NCBI GenBank assembly: GCA_049322675.1
Contig: JBMORM010000022.1
Location: forward strand, 1-46,987
Length of the DNA stretch: 46,987 nt
Origin: Patescibacteria group bacterium
GTDB taxonomy: Bacteria; Patescibacteriota; JAHJAL01
Direction: 5' to 3'
Shown: in pieces, positions 29,085 to 38,056 of the stretch
Layout: every line of letters starts with the position of its first letter
How positions within the stretch are numbered: position 1 is the first letter of the stretch
Position numbers and translations under genes: made by a program
Notes under the pieces: generated by a model
Databases searched by the model: none
What the model saw: the letters and a program-made list of their open reading frames with translations, nothing else
What the model was told of the DNA's origin: nothing

Positions 29085-31412
29085 TTAATAATTTATTGGA
29101 ACGTAATGAAGAATATCGGCTCCGGGATCGCATTTATTGTAAGTGGTCGAGTTGTTGACATTGTTGGAGACTTCACAATCAAATTTGATTTGGCGGTTGT
29201 ATCCCCAGCCGGGGTAAGCCGATTCGTTGCCGTTCATTTTGTTTATTAGCGATTTTGGATGCAATACGGCGATGTCGTCGCCTTCGTTGGCATATGGATA
29301 GTATCCGACGTGGACGTGATCAACTCCGTTGGCGGTACCGCTGGTTCCGATGATATCTCCGGCATTGACTGTTTGGCCGACTTGCACTTTTCTCGTGGCA
29401 AGATGAGTGTAGTAGGTGGCGGTGCCGTCGCTGTGTTGGATGCGGATTCTGCCTTTGCTGGCTCCATTCCAGGGGGCGTAGGCGTTGTCGTCACTCAACA
29501 TAATTGTACCGCATTTGGTGGCCATGACCGGTGTGCCAACGGGACAATGTATATCAGTGCCGCTGTCACCTTCGTATATATTGTGTGAACAAGTGCCTGA
29601 CTGATATTTTTCTTTGGCAATCGGGTCGATAAATTTGTTGGGATCGGTGCAGGTTGTGGTAGTTGCTTCGTCTTGGCAGATACGTCGGCCTTCGGCGAAG
29701 ATTTCCGGGCTGGTATAGTAACTATTTAATTGATTAACTCGACTTTTAGTTCCGCTGCAATCGTAGAAAGTACCGTTTTCCCCCATTATGCCTACATGGG
29801 TGTATGTTACGCCACTACTGTGAACATAGGTTCTGTGAAATAAGATCAAGTCTCCTGGTAAGATATCGTTTAAGTTTTCAATGCGTGTTCCCATGTTTTT
29901 ACCATCAGGGTCGCAAGTTTCTGAACCAACAGTTGAACATTTGTCGGCAAAGTTTGGGGCCCATGTAGTGTACGAATAATTTGGGCTGATGTTGGCGCCT
30001 TTTTGTTTGGCTGTATCAAGTACTAGACTGGTGAAGCCAGCACAGCATGATTCTCCTACATTTAAGTACATTCCCGCTTTTTCTTTGGCGGTATTTAATA
30101 CTATTTCTCGACAGGCGCTATTGGAAGAAAGACAGTTGTCGGTCAGGAGGGTTTCGGGGTCTTTGGCGACATCATTGATACGGATTTCAAAGTGCAGGTG
30201 GTCACCGGTACTGAAACCGGAATTGTTGATGCGGGCGATTTTTTGTCCTTTTTGTACTTTTTGTCCCACGATCAGGCCGGACATGGAGTCTTTTTTGAGG
30301 TGAGCGTATCTGGTTACTTCCCCATTGCCATGATCAATGTAAATATGATTTCCGTAACCGCCACCACAGCCGGACATGGCGCCGGCGGCGTTGCTTTCAC
30401 ACTCGTTGACCAGGACGGTGATGATTCCGGCTTTGCTAGCCAAGACGTCGTAATCTTGCCATTGGCCGGAAACAGGCGAAATATCTACACCATAGTGCGG
30501 CATGGTGTTGCCATCGGCGTCTTTTAAATATCCGGGATCCATAAAGTGACCGCCGTTGGGGATAGTTTTAATTGTTGTTGGCCAGCAGAATTGATTTTCC
30601 GGATTTGGTGGGGCGAAATAGCCGCATTTGGCACCGACTTGGTCAAAAAATTTGGTGACGTTGGGGATCCAATATTGGTTTACTTTGTTTGGGTCGTGGG
30701 ATGAATCATCGGATGTGCCGTAACCGGTTCCGTCAGCCGTGCGTCCACAAGGACAATAGGCATAACTTCCGACTGTGGCGGCGTCACAGTTGTTGGGGGA
30801 ATAAGGAGTATAATCTTTTGGCATATAATTTCCGCCGGCGCCGTTACCGATTTTGATAATTGTATTTTGTCCACCCTGAATAAATTTTGCCAATAAGCTG
30901 GAATGTTCGTTTATGGCATCTTCCCAACTGGCCAGGTCATGAGCGGGCAAAATATTGCCGTAATTGTAGGCGCCTTTTGTGATTCTTGTCCCGAGGCTGC
31001 TTTCTTGTTGAGCGATGGCGACGATAAAGCCCGGGTTAACATTTTTTATTTTGCCGGCATTGGCGATATCCTCGCCGTGTCCGTACAAAGCGTTTTCGCC
31101 GATTTGCGATTTGATGTATTCATCGATACAATTTCCCATTTCTTCGGTGGAAATATTGATATCGGGAAAACCGAGATCAAAGTCGTTGGAGTTGTGTCCC
31201 CCGCTGGGGGTGTTGTTGGTAACGCTATTTTCCTTTCCACCCCAAATGTTGGTCAAAAATGAACCAACAGCGGGCAAGAATAATATTAATAAAAATAATA
31301 TTAAACAGCCGGCGAAAAATGGTAGCAGGCAAGTCAAACAGAAAGCGGTTTTGTTACCGTTTTCTTCAGGTGAATCACCTGATAATTCCATGTTGTTATT
31401 TTCATCGGCCAT
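29085..31412 (-). CDS. Multidomain peptidoglycan hydrolase (lysozyme/glucosaminidase-like + M23 + NlpC/P60 + M23)
   Basis: 775 aa: TM helix; AIAQQESSLG..YNYGN; HYGVDI..YAHL..STGDHLHFEIR; CCAGFTS..PGDLILF..THVGI; GTDI..YTHL..DHVHVG. Confidence 0.85.
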   Translation of the reverse strand: MADENNNMELSGDSPEENGNKTAFCLTCLLPFFAGCLILFLLILFLPAVGSFLTNIWGGKENSVTNNTPSGGHNSNDFDLGFPDINISTEEMGNCIDEYIKSQIGENALYGHGEDIANAGKIKNVNPGFIVAIAQQESSLGTRITKGAYNYGNILPAHDLASWEDAINEHSSLLAKFIQGGQNTIIKIGNGAGGNYMPKDYTPYSPNNCDAATVGSYAYCPCGRTADGTGYGTSDDSSHDPNKVNQYWIPNVTKFFDQVGAKCGYFAPPNPENQFCWPTTIKTIPNGGHFMDPGYLKDADGNTMPHYGVDISPVSGQWQDYDVLASKAGIITVLVNECESNAAGAMSGCGGGYGNHIYIDHGNGEVTRYAHLKKDSMSGLIVGQKVQKGQKIARINNSGFSTGDHLHFEIRINDVAKDPETLLTDNCLSSNSACREIVLNTAKEKAGMYLNVGESCCAGFTSLVLDTAKQKGANISPNYSYTTWAPNFADKCSTVGSETCDPDGKNMGTRIENLNDILPGDLILFHRTYVHSSGVTYTHVGIMGENGTFYDCSGTKSRVNQLNSYYTSPEIFAEGRRICQDEATTTTCTDPNKFIDPIAKEKYQSGTCSHNIYEGDSGTDIHCPVGTPVMATKCGTIMLSDDNAYAPWNGASKGRIRIQHSDGTATYYTHLATRKVQVGQTVNAGDIIGTSGTANGVDHVHVGYYPYANEGDDIAVLHPKSLINKMNGNESAYPGWGYNRQIKFDCEVSNNVNNSTTYNKCDPGADILHYVPINY

Positions 31413-31450
31413 AGATCAATACATTTTTCATTAAATTTCCAATCGCTTTC

Positions 31451-31565
31451 GTGTCATCCTGGAACTGGAAGGTAACCCGTTCCAATATCCAGGATCCATC
31501 TCTATATTTTTTCTGGATCCTGGATATTGAAGTGCCTAGTAAGGCTTTCAGTTCCAGGATGACAC
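31451..31565. repeat. GTGTCATCCTGG palindromic MITE-like element, copy 2
   Basis: gtgtcatcctggaactg...cagttccaggatgacac with inner IR aatatccaggatcca/tggatcctggatatt. Confidence 0.85.
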
Positions 31566-31640
31566 AATTCTTTTTCAACGTTAAAATTTAAAACTAGTTA
31601 TTGAAAATAAAAAATTATAAATTGAAAATTGCGTACTCGC

Positions 31641-33473
31641 CTACATTCCTCCGCGCATGGAGAGGATTTCTTCGGGGTTGGAGGTGATGAGGCGGTGTTC
31701 GGTGTAGGAAGCGACGATTTTGATCAAGACGTGATTGAGACCGGCAAAGAAAATACCTTCGCCGACGTTGGATTCGAGTAGGGCCATTTTTTCGCCATCG
31801 GTTAGATTGAAAGTGCGACCAATGAGGTCGATGGAAGCCGGAGATTGTTTCAACAAAATTTGCATGGCGGAGTTGGAGATCATGGCTTTGCCCCATTTTG
31901 ATCCTAAAAAGTCTTCGACATCTTGAGAAATGGTAGTAACGCCGAGGTAATATTTACGAGAACGTTTGGTGAGGTTGTGCAAGAAACGGGCGGAGTCTTC
32001 GTATTGCATGAGATTCCAGGCTTCGTCGATAACCATGATGCGGCGTTTGAGGTTGGTACGGATTTTGGTCCAGATGAAGTTGGTGATGACGTACATAGCG
32101 ATCGGACGGAGGGCTTCTTCGAGGTCGCGGACGGAAAAGACGATAAAGTTTGATTTGAGATCGATATTGGTGGGGTTGTTTAGCAGACCGGAATAACTGC
32201 CTTCGGTGTATTTTTGCAGGCGTTGGGCCATGGATTCGCCGCCGTGCATGTTGATCAAAATGCTGTATAGGTCAGAAAGAAGAGGGGCGGGGTTTTTGTG
32301 GCTGGATGGTTCTTCGGTGATATCTTTCAAAGCGTAAGTTTCTTTGATGGCTTTGTCCATGATGGCGCTTTCTTCGGGAGTAAGTTGGCCCAACATGATA
32401 TTCATGATGCCGGAGATGGTGATGATAGCGGTGCGAAGGGCGTTTTCTTCATCGCCTTCGCTGGTGGCCGGCAAGTCCAGGGGATTGATTTTGCGGTCGG
32501 AGTTGATAGAGATTGGAATATAGGTACCGCCGACGGCTTCACAAAGGTTTTGGTATTCGTTTTCGGGATCGATGATGATAATGTCGGTACCAAGCATGAG
32601 ATAGCGCAGACACTCCAGCTTGACGGTATAACTTTTACCGGCACCGGAGGTGGCGAAAATGGTGCAGTTGGGATTGGCTAAATCAAAACGGTCAAAAATA
32701 ACCAATGATTGGTTATGACCGTTGAAGCCATAGAAGATTCCATTGTCGGAAGTCAGATCGACGGAAGTGAAAGGGAATGATGTGGAAATCGCGTCGGTGT
32801 CGAGATTTCTGGTAATATTGAGTTCGTCATTGTTGAGCGGCAAGGTGCTATTGAAACCTTGTTCTTGCTGAAGAATAGCATTTTTGGTGTAGATCAAAGA
32901 TCCACCCAAGACAGTTTCCAGATGGTCGATATTGGTTTTCAATTCTTTCTCACTGTCGGCATATACGGTGAAGTAGAGTCCATAGAGAAATAATTTTTCG
33001 CTACCTTGTTGGATGCGATAGCGCAATTCTTCGGCGTCTTGGATAGCGGTTTCCAGTTTGGGGTCGGAGACTTCGCCTTTTTCGCGGCCGATGGCATATG
33101 TCGCTTGCATACGACCAACTCGGTTTCTCAAGTCTTCCAGTACGGCCTTGGATTCCTGGGGATAGATGAACATACTGATATCCATGGTGGCATCGTAGGA
33201 AATAATTGGTGAAAGCCAGTTGGTGTTTAAAAAGCGGGGATAGGTGAAGACAAACAAAGTCTGAACATAGCTTTCATTGATGATCAGATAGTTGGGAGTG
33301 ATGCGAAAGGCGGAGGGGGCGACGATGTCTTTGAGGGAGATCATACCCTCTTCAAAAACACGACGAGCTTCAGTCAGCCGTTTGCGTTCCTCTTCCAATC
33401 GTTTCTTTTCATCCAAAGCTTTTTGCTTGGCAGGGTCGAGAGATTTGGGTTTGAAGATATCGAAGATAGACAT
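31641..33473 (-). CDS. virB4: VirB4/TraC-like type IV secretion ATPase
   Basis: 610 aa with Walker A ATSGAGKS, IIIDPENEY, INPLD, Walker B IMVIDEAW, RKY and ISQDVEDF. Confidence 0.9.
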   Translation of the reverse strand: MSIFDIFKPKSLDPAKQKALDEKKRLEEERKRLTEARRVFEEGMISLKDIVAPSAFRITPNYLIINESYVQTLFVFTYPRFLNTNWLSPIISYDATMDISMFIYPQESKAVLEDLRNRVGRMQATYAIGREKGEVSDPKLETAIQDAEELRYRIQQGSEKLFLYGLYFTVYADSEKELKTNIDHLETVLGGSLIYTKNAILQQEQGFNSTLPLNNDELNITRNLDTDAISTSFPFTSVDLTSDNGIFYGFNGHNQSLVIFDRFDLANPNCTIFATSGAGKSYTVKLECLRYLMLGTDIIIIDPENEYQNLCEAVGGTYIPISINSDRKINPLDLPATSEGDEENALRTAIITISGIMNIMLGQLTPEESAIMDKAIKETYALKDITEEPSSHKNPAPLLSDLYSILINMHGGESMAQRLQKYTEGSYSGLLNNPTNIDLKSNFIVFSVRDLEEALRPIAMYVITNFIWTKIRTNLKRRIMVIDEAWNLMQYEDSARFLHNLTKRSRKYYLGVTTISQDVEDFLGSKWGKAMISNSAMQILLKQSPASIDLIGRTFNLTDGEKMALLESNVGEGIFFAGLNHVLIKIVASYTEHRLITSNPEEILSMRGGM

Positions 33474-33522
33474 ATTTTAGTTATTATTTTTGTAAAATTA
33501 ATTTATTTGAAGGTGGCTATTC

Positions 33523-33663
33523 AATTTCCAATTTCCAATTTCCAAAGAAGGCTCAATTTCCAATTTCCAAACAAATTCTGGTGTGTTTATTTTGAGAATT
33601 GTATTTGTTTGAAAATTGATAATTGGAAATTTTTTGGAAATTGGAAATTGAGAATTGGAAATT
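33523..33663. repeat. Heptamer hairpin element
   Basis: (aatttcc)3 aaagaaggctc aatttcc aatttcc aaac ... gtttgaaaattgataattggaaatt...ggaaatt, ending at the stop codon of the upstream gene. Confidence 0.9.
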
Positions 33664-33664
33664 T

Positions 33665-34360
33665 TTATTCCGTCTTCACGCTTCCCACAACATCTGAAGT
33701 CAGTGAATCGACTTTGAAAAGTTTTTGGTGGCGGGAGGTGATGGGGTTGAAGTGGACGTACATGAGTTCGGCGATTTCTTGGGTGGTGAGGGCGATAGTG
33801 CGCAGTCCCATGGAGGCTAAACCGGAGGCGACGATATTGATTCTTTCGGTCATTTTTTCCCGGGCTAATTGGAAATCTTTTTCTTTGACAACCAGTTCGT
33901 TTTTGTCGGGGAATATTTTTTGCCAAAAGCCTTTGGTGGCCGTATCCGGCGGGTAGAAAGAGACGATAATATAAAACTTTTTTTCCATGATGTTGGTAAC
34001 CTGCATTAGGCGCTGGATAAAGGAGATGTATTCGGTCATTTGAACGCGGAGCAGGTCGTTTGGCTGTTTGTTTTCCAAATCTTTGAGCTTGGCGATGTAT
34101 TCCGATAAGTCCAGTTTTTTGGATTGAACGACGATTTGAATCGGAAAAGATAGAGAATTCAAAAAGTTTTGGTATTGGTAAATAATCGCATTTTGTTCTT
34201 GATCGGATTTGAGGTCAAAGTTGATGGCGGAAGTGAGTAAGACACTTCGCAGACTGCCGTCTTTCAAAATGACATAACCATCGCGAATTTCTTTAAATGG
34301 CAAATACATCTGGGTAGATGTTTTGGGATTTGATTTCTTTTTTTTGAAAGTTGGTTTCAT
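33665..34360 (-). CDS. TraC/VirB4 N-terminal-like T4SS accessory protein
   Basis: 231 aa with the pattern STQ.YL...EIRDG.VILKDG, INFDLKS..EQ and FLNSL.FPIQI. Lies between prgI and virB4. Confidence 0.7.
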   Translation of the reverse strand: MKPTFKKKKSNPKTSTQMYLPFKEIRDGYVILKDGSLRSVLLTSAINFDLKSDQEQNAIIYQYQNFLNSLSFPIQIVVQSKKLDLSEYIAKLKDLENKQPNDLLRVQMTEYISFIQRLMQVTNIMEKKFYIIVSFYPPDTATKGFWQKIFPDKNELVVKEKDFQLAREKMTERINIVASGLASMGLRTIALTTQEIAELMYVHFNPITSRHQKLFKVDSLTSDVVGSVKTE

Positions 34361-34413
34361 ATGGTAGGTTACAATATTCTTTTAATTTTTGACTAATTTT
34401 TTGGTTATCTTTC

Positions 34414-34543
34414 AATTTCCAGTTTCCAGTTTCCAATTTCCAAAAAAGGCTCAATTTCCAAACGAATGCAATCTGTTCCTGTATTTGTTTGGAAATTGAT
34501 CATTGGAAATTTATTGAAAATTGGAAATTGAGAATTGAAAATT
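34414..34543. repeat. Heptamer hairpin element
   Basis: Same architecture including the aaggctcaatttccaaac and gtttggaaattgatcattggaaatt core. Abuts the prgI stop codon. Confidence 0.9.
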
Positions 34544-35254
34544 TTATTTTTGTTGTCTCAAAATCTCCGCAATGGCATCTTTTTTGGTTTGGTTTTCTTT
34601 GGCTGTTATTTCGGCCGGTGCCATTGGTTCGGTTGGTTTTTTGGCAAAGATGTTTTTAAAAAAGCTGCCGACATTGCTGGTGGCGGGTTGAATGTTGTTG
34701 TTGATGGCGGAAGGGATTGGATTTGAATTGGAGCTGGTAGGAGTAGCGGTGGTTGATTTTTGTTTTTCCAAGATTGTTTGTTTGGCTGTGTCTTCTTGAG
34801 CGATTTCGGATATGGTTGAACGAATATCTTTTTGCGGTTCGATTTGAGTGTCCAAAATCAAAGACAATTGTTGGAGTTGGGATTTGATTTCCTCCGGATG
34901 TTTGATGGCTTGTTTTTCTTTGGCAGTGTCGGATTTGGCAGTTTGACTGGTACTTTCAAAAACCGGGGGTGGCAGGGGTTGCCAGGTTAGTATTTTTGGA
35001 CCGGCGAGAAAAAGCAGCAGATTGAGGACAAACTTGGAAAATGGTTGTTCGTTGACGGGGACAAAAGCAAAGGCAAGAGCCAGTAGAACCAAGGGGATAG
35101 AGATAGCGTAAAACAAGTTACCGGCGCCAAATTGCAGATAAACCATGTAAACTCCGGCGGCGGAAAAAAGTAAATACAAAAACTGCTCGAGGGTCAGAGG
35201 ACCGATGATTTGGTCTGGCATTTTGATGTTTTGGGGAACTTTGTATTGGAGCAT
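34544..35254 (-). CDS. prgI: PrgI-family (VirB3-like) membrane protein
   Basis: QYKVPQNI...DQIIGPLTLEQFLYL, two TM helices and NEQPF. ATG at 35254 preferred over the TTG at 35272. Confidence 0.8.
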   Translation of the reverse strand: MLQYKVPQNIKMPDQIIGPLTLEQFLYLLFSAAGVYMVYLQFGAGNLFYAISIPLVLLALAFAFVPVNEQPFSKFVLNLLLFLAGPKILTWQPLPPPVFESTSQTAKSDTAKEKQAIKHPEEIKSQLQQLSLILDTQIEPQKDIRSTISEIAQEDTAKQTILEKQKSTTATPTSSNSNPIPSAINNNIQPATSNVGSFFKNIFAKKPTEPMAPAEITAKENQTKKDAIAEILRQQK

Positions 35255-35275
35255 TTTTTGGGGAATTAACAATAT

Positions 35276-37024
35276 TTATTTGTTATAGATAAGGAATTTT
35301 TTATTAATTTGGTCATAATTTTCATCAATTTTTTGTATTTTTGCCATGATATTTTGAATGTCATTTTGATTAATGTCATATTCGTCGGGTTCACCTGTGG
35401 TTAACGAATTATATTTGATTTGACTGTTTTTTCTGGCATCCATTATTCTTGCTACTATTTCATTGTTGTTGAAAAGTTCTTTAGCGTATCCTTCGGACAA
35501 ATTAACATTTTTCATTACTGCTTCGATTTTATCTTGGATGGTTGCATTTTGGAGATTGTCTATAGATGTTTGGACGGAATTATGAACGGGAGATAGAGTT
35601 GGGTCGGTACTAAGGTAATTTTGAGTTTTTTTATATCTTTCGATTATTTTGAGAGCAGCAGGATCGTTCATTGTGCCAGATGTTCCAAAATCTGTTGTAA
35701 GAGTATCTATTGTGACATTTGGTCTAACTTTTATTTCGTTGTCAATTTTGCTGCGTCCCTCGTTATAGTTTTGAAAAGAGTGTTTGAAGAGATAGCTATC
35801 TAAGCTGGGGAGATAGTTTCCCATATAATCTTTGGGCAATGTTTTGATTTTTTCTTGAACCAATCTGACATTGTGTAGATTGGCTAATTCAAGTGCCTCT
35901 TTGATTTTGTCTTGTTTTAGGGCGTTGTTGATATTTGTTAGTACGTCAGATGGGGTGTTTTGTAGCATACTAGTGTATTTGTCGTAGTCTTTGTTTAGTT
36001 CTGTTTTTATATTGTTGTTGTAATGTAAAGCAAGGTCTTGAAGGGTGTTGATTTGTTGGGTGGGGTTATCTTTATTGTGCTGGGTAAATATTTGATTAAT
36101 CTGTGAATCTAAACCGGCCGGTTTGTCTTTAATCCCAGCTATAAGATTGATAATATCTTGGTCGTTGGTTGCTGTGCGGATTTTTTCTAGATGGTTGTTA
36201 TCCAATCCGCCATCTTTCAATAAACTATTAAGAAGATGAGGGTCGTTTGGGTCGCCTTTTCCTTTGTCGGTTCCTTTACCGTTTTCCATTTTTCTAAAAT
36301 TGCCATAACTATCAAAATCAAAACCCATGGCTTTCCATTTGTCCAATACACCTTGGGCTTCTTTGTATTTGTCAGGGAAACTGCCGGGATTTCTGGACCA
36401 TTCTCTTAAGGTTAAAAATAAATTGGTGGCATCTTCTTGCATTTTTCCACTATATGCTTTGTCATTGGAATTGAAGTTGTCCCATTCGCCTGATCCAGTG
36501 ACATCGTTTCTAATTTTTTTCTCAATACTGGAAACATCTTCTTGATATTTGTATCTTCCTTGGGCGTCTTTATCAGTGTTTCTGGAAACGTCCAACCAGA
36601 GCTTGTCATCTTTCCTGGAGGCGGCGATACCGGCGCCAATCATTGATTGTCGGTTCATTTTTTTGGCATCATCCGTCCATTTTTTCTTTTGAAATTCTGT
36701 TCCGGCAATAATGGGGGAAATGTATTTTGCCTTTGCTTGGTCGAGAAATTCTTTTCCTCCCATATGATGATATGCAAATTTCCCGGCTTTATCAGTGACT
36801 GACTTTCCTGCATCTACGCCGGTTTTATAGATTTTTCCGAAACCGTTTATAATGCTTTGACCGATACCGCCGATTTGGAAGGGAAGATAGATGGCGGCGA
36901 TAAGGATAGTTATTCCGGCGATCCAATTTACTAGTCCAAAAAATGATTGTGTAATCTTGTCTGCATCTGGTTCGGCAGCGTGAGCTATGTCCAATATTGG
37001 GAGAAGGTGATTTAGAATTTCCAT
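35276..37024 (-). CDS. C-terminal part of a split VirB6-like protein (one TM + long soluble tail)
   Basis: 582 aa. The N-terminal TM (FFGLVNWIAGITILIAAIYLPF) resembles the last TM of the 787-aa paralogue. In frame with the upstream ORF. Confidence 0.7.
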   Translation of the reverse strand: MEILNHLLPILDIAHAAEPDADKITQSFFGLVNWIAGITILIAAIYLPFQIGGIGQSIINGFGKIYKTGVDAGKSVTDKAGKFAYHHMGGKEFLDQAKAKYISPIIAGTEFQKKKWTDDAKKMNRQSMIGAGIAASRKDDKLWLDVSRNTDKDAQGRYKYQEDVSSIEKKIRNDVTGSGEWDNFNSNDKAYSGKMQEDATNLFLTLREWSRNPGSFPDKYKEAQGVLDKWKAMGFDFDSYGNFRKMENGKGTDKGKGDPNDPHLLNSLLKDGGLDNNHLEKIRTATNDQDIINLIAGIKDKPAGLDSQINQIFTQHNKDNPTQQINTLQDLALHYNNNIKTELNKDYDKYTSMLQNTPSDVLTNINNALKQDKIKEALELANLHNVRLVQEKIKTLPKDYMGNYLPSLDSYLFKHSFQNYNEGRSKIDNEIKVRPNVTIDTLTTDFGTSGTMNDPAALKIIERYKKTQNYLSTDPTLSPVHNSVQTSIDNLQNATIQDKIEAVMKNVNLSEGYAKELFNNNEIVARIMDARKNSQIKYNSLTTGEPDEYDINQNDIQNIMAKIQKIDENYDQINKKFLIYNK

Positions 37025-37030
37025 AAATTT

Positions 37031-38020
37031 TTATTTAAAATCGACTAGATTTTGACTTCCAAATAATGTGGCGAGACCTAAGATAAAGTAAATCGCTGGA
37101 CCCAAAAAGAGCCATTGGAAGAATTCACTAATTAGTTTTTGCCCGTGTTGTTTGGTGGGTGGAAAGAAATAGAGGACGATTATAATTGGCATGATGGCAA
37201 TTAGAATGAAAAGAACAATATTTCGGGCGAGACAAATCAAGGTGAGAATTAGGATAAGAAAAGCAGGAATCATGAGAATCATGATGAGTAAAAATTCAAA
37301 TGTTAATGTTAAGAGAACGCCGATGCCTGGGAGAGTAATTAGAGGTATTAGGCCGGCAAGGAATGATGCGGCAAGTAGGCTTTTAATAATGTTAGCGTCT
37401 TGTTGAATTTTAGGGATTACCATTTGAAGCCCATTGATCGTTATGGGGTTTCCGGCGGAGTTTTTCAGGACTTCAAATTGGATACCGGTTGTAATATTCA
37501 TTAATTGAGCGGCAAGTCCGACATCGCTTTTGAAAATCCCTTGGATTCCCATAACCAGGACATCTGAAAAGTCGAGTAATACTTTTACTATTAAAAAGCT
37601 AAGATTGGCCAATACGATACTAATGACGAAACTTGGGAGAGTTTTTTTGATTTCATAGGTTTCGATGTTGATTCTGAGAGCATTGGCAAAGGCGATGAAT
37701 ATCAAAAAGAAAACAACCAATATGTTTACTATATACATCGATACTTGCCAGGCGTTAAAAAGTATTTCACTGTTAATATTTGTGTGAACGCTAAGTTCAA
37801 GTCCCCAGACGGAAAATACAATTAGAATATAAGCGATTAGGACAGGGATCATTAGAACAAAACCCAATGCATATTCGAGTCCATCCCAAGCGTAACTTTG
37901 AACCGTGGTCGAGATTGCGCCGGAAACGCCTCCGGTTAGAAATCCCGATAGGATATCCAGATATTCAACCGATAAAATGCCAACCGGGGCGGTGAGGGAA
38001 TGTAGTATTGAATGATCCAT
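37031..38020 (-). CDS. VirB6/TrbL-like polytopic membrane protein (N-terminal part)
   Basis: 329 aa and hydrophobic. Shares ANxLRxNxETYxIKKTLPS...LANLSFL and FPPTK..GQK with the 787-aa ORF. Confidence 0.7.
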   Translation of the reverse strand: MDHSILHSLTAPVGILSVEYLDILSGFLTGGVSGAISTTVQSYAWDGLEYALGFVLMIPVLIAYILIVFSVWGLELSVHTNINSEILFNAWQVSMYIVNILVVFFLIFIAFANALRINIETYEIKKTLPSFVISIVLANLSFLIVKVLLDFSDVLVMGIQGIFKSDVGLAAQLMNITTGIQFEVLKNSAGNPITINGLQMVIPKIQQDANIIKSLLAASFLAGLIPLITLPGIGVLLTLTFEFLLIMILMIPAFLILILTLICLARNIVLFILIAIMPIIIVLYFFPPTKQHGQKLISEFFQWLFLGPAIYFILGLATLFGSQNLVDFK

Positions 38021-38056
38021 TTTATATTAAAATTATTAATCGATGATGATAAATAT

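Noticed and set aside
33423-33956. ORFs 33423-33956 (+) and 33498-33926 (-)
   Set aside because: They overlap real genes and stay open only because the heptamer hairpin is stop-free (FPISNFQ/GNWKLEI peptides).
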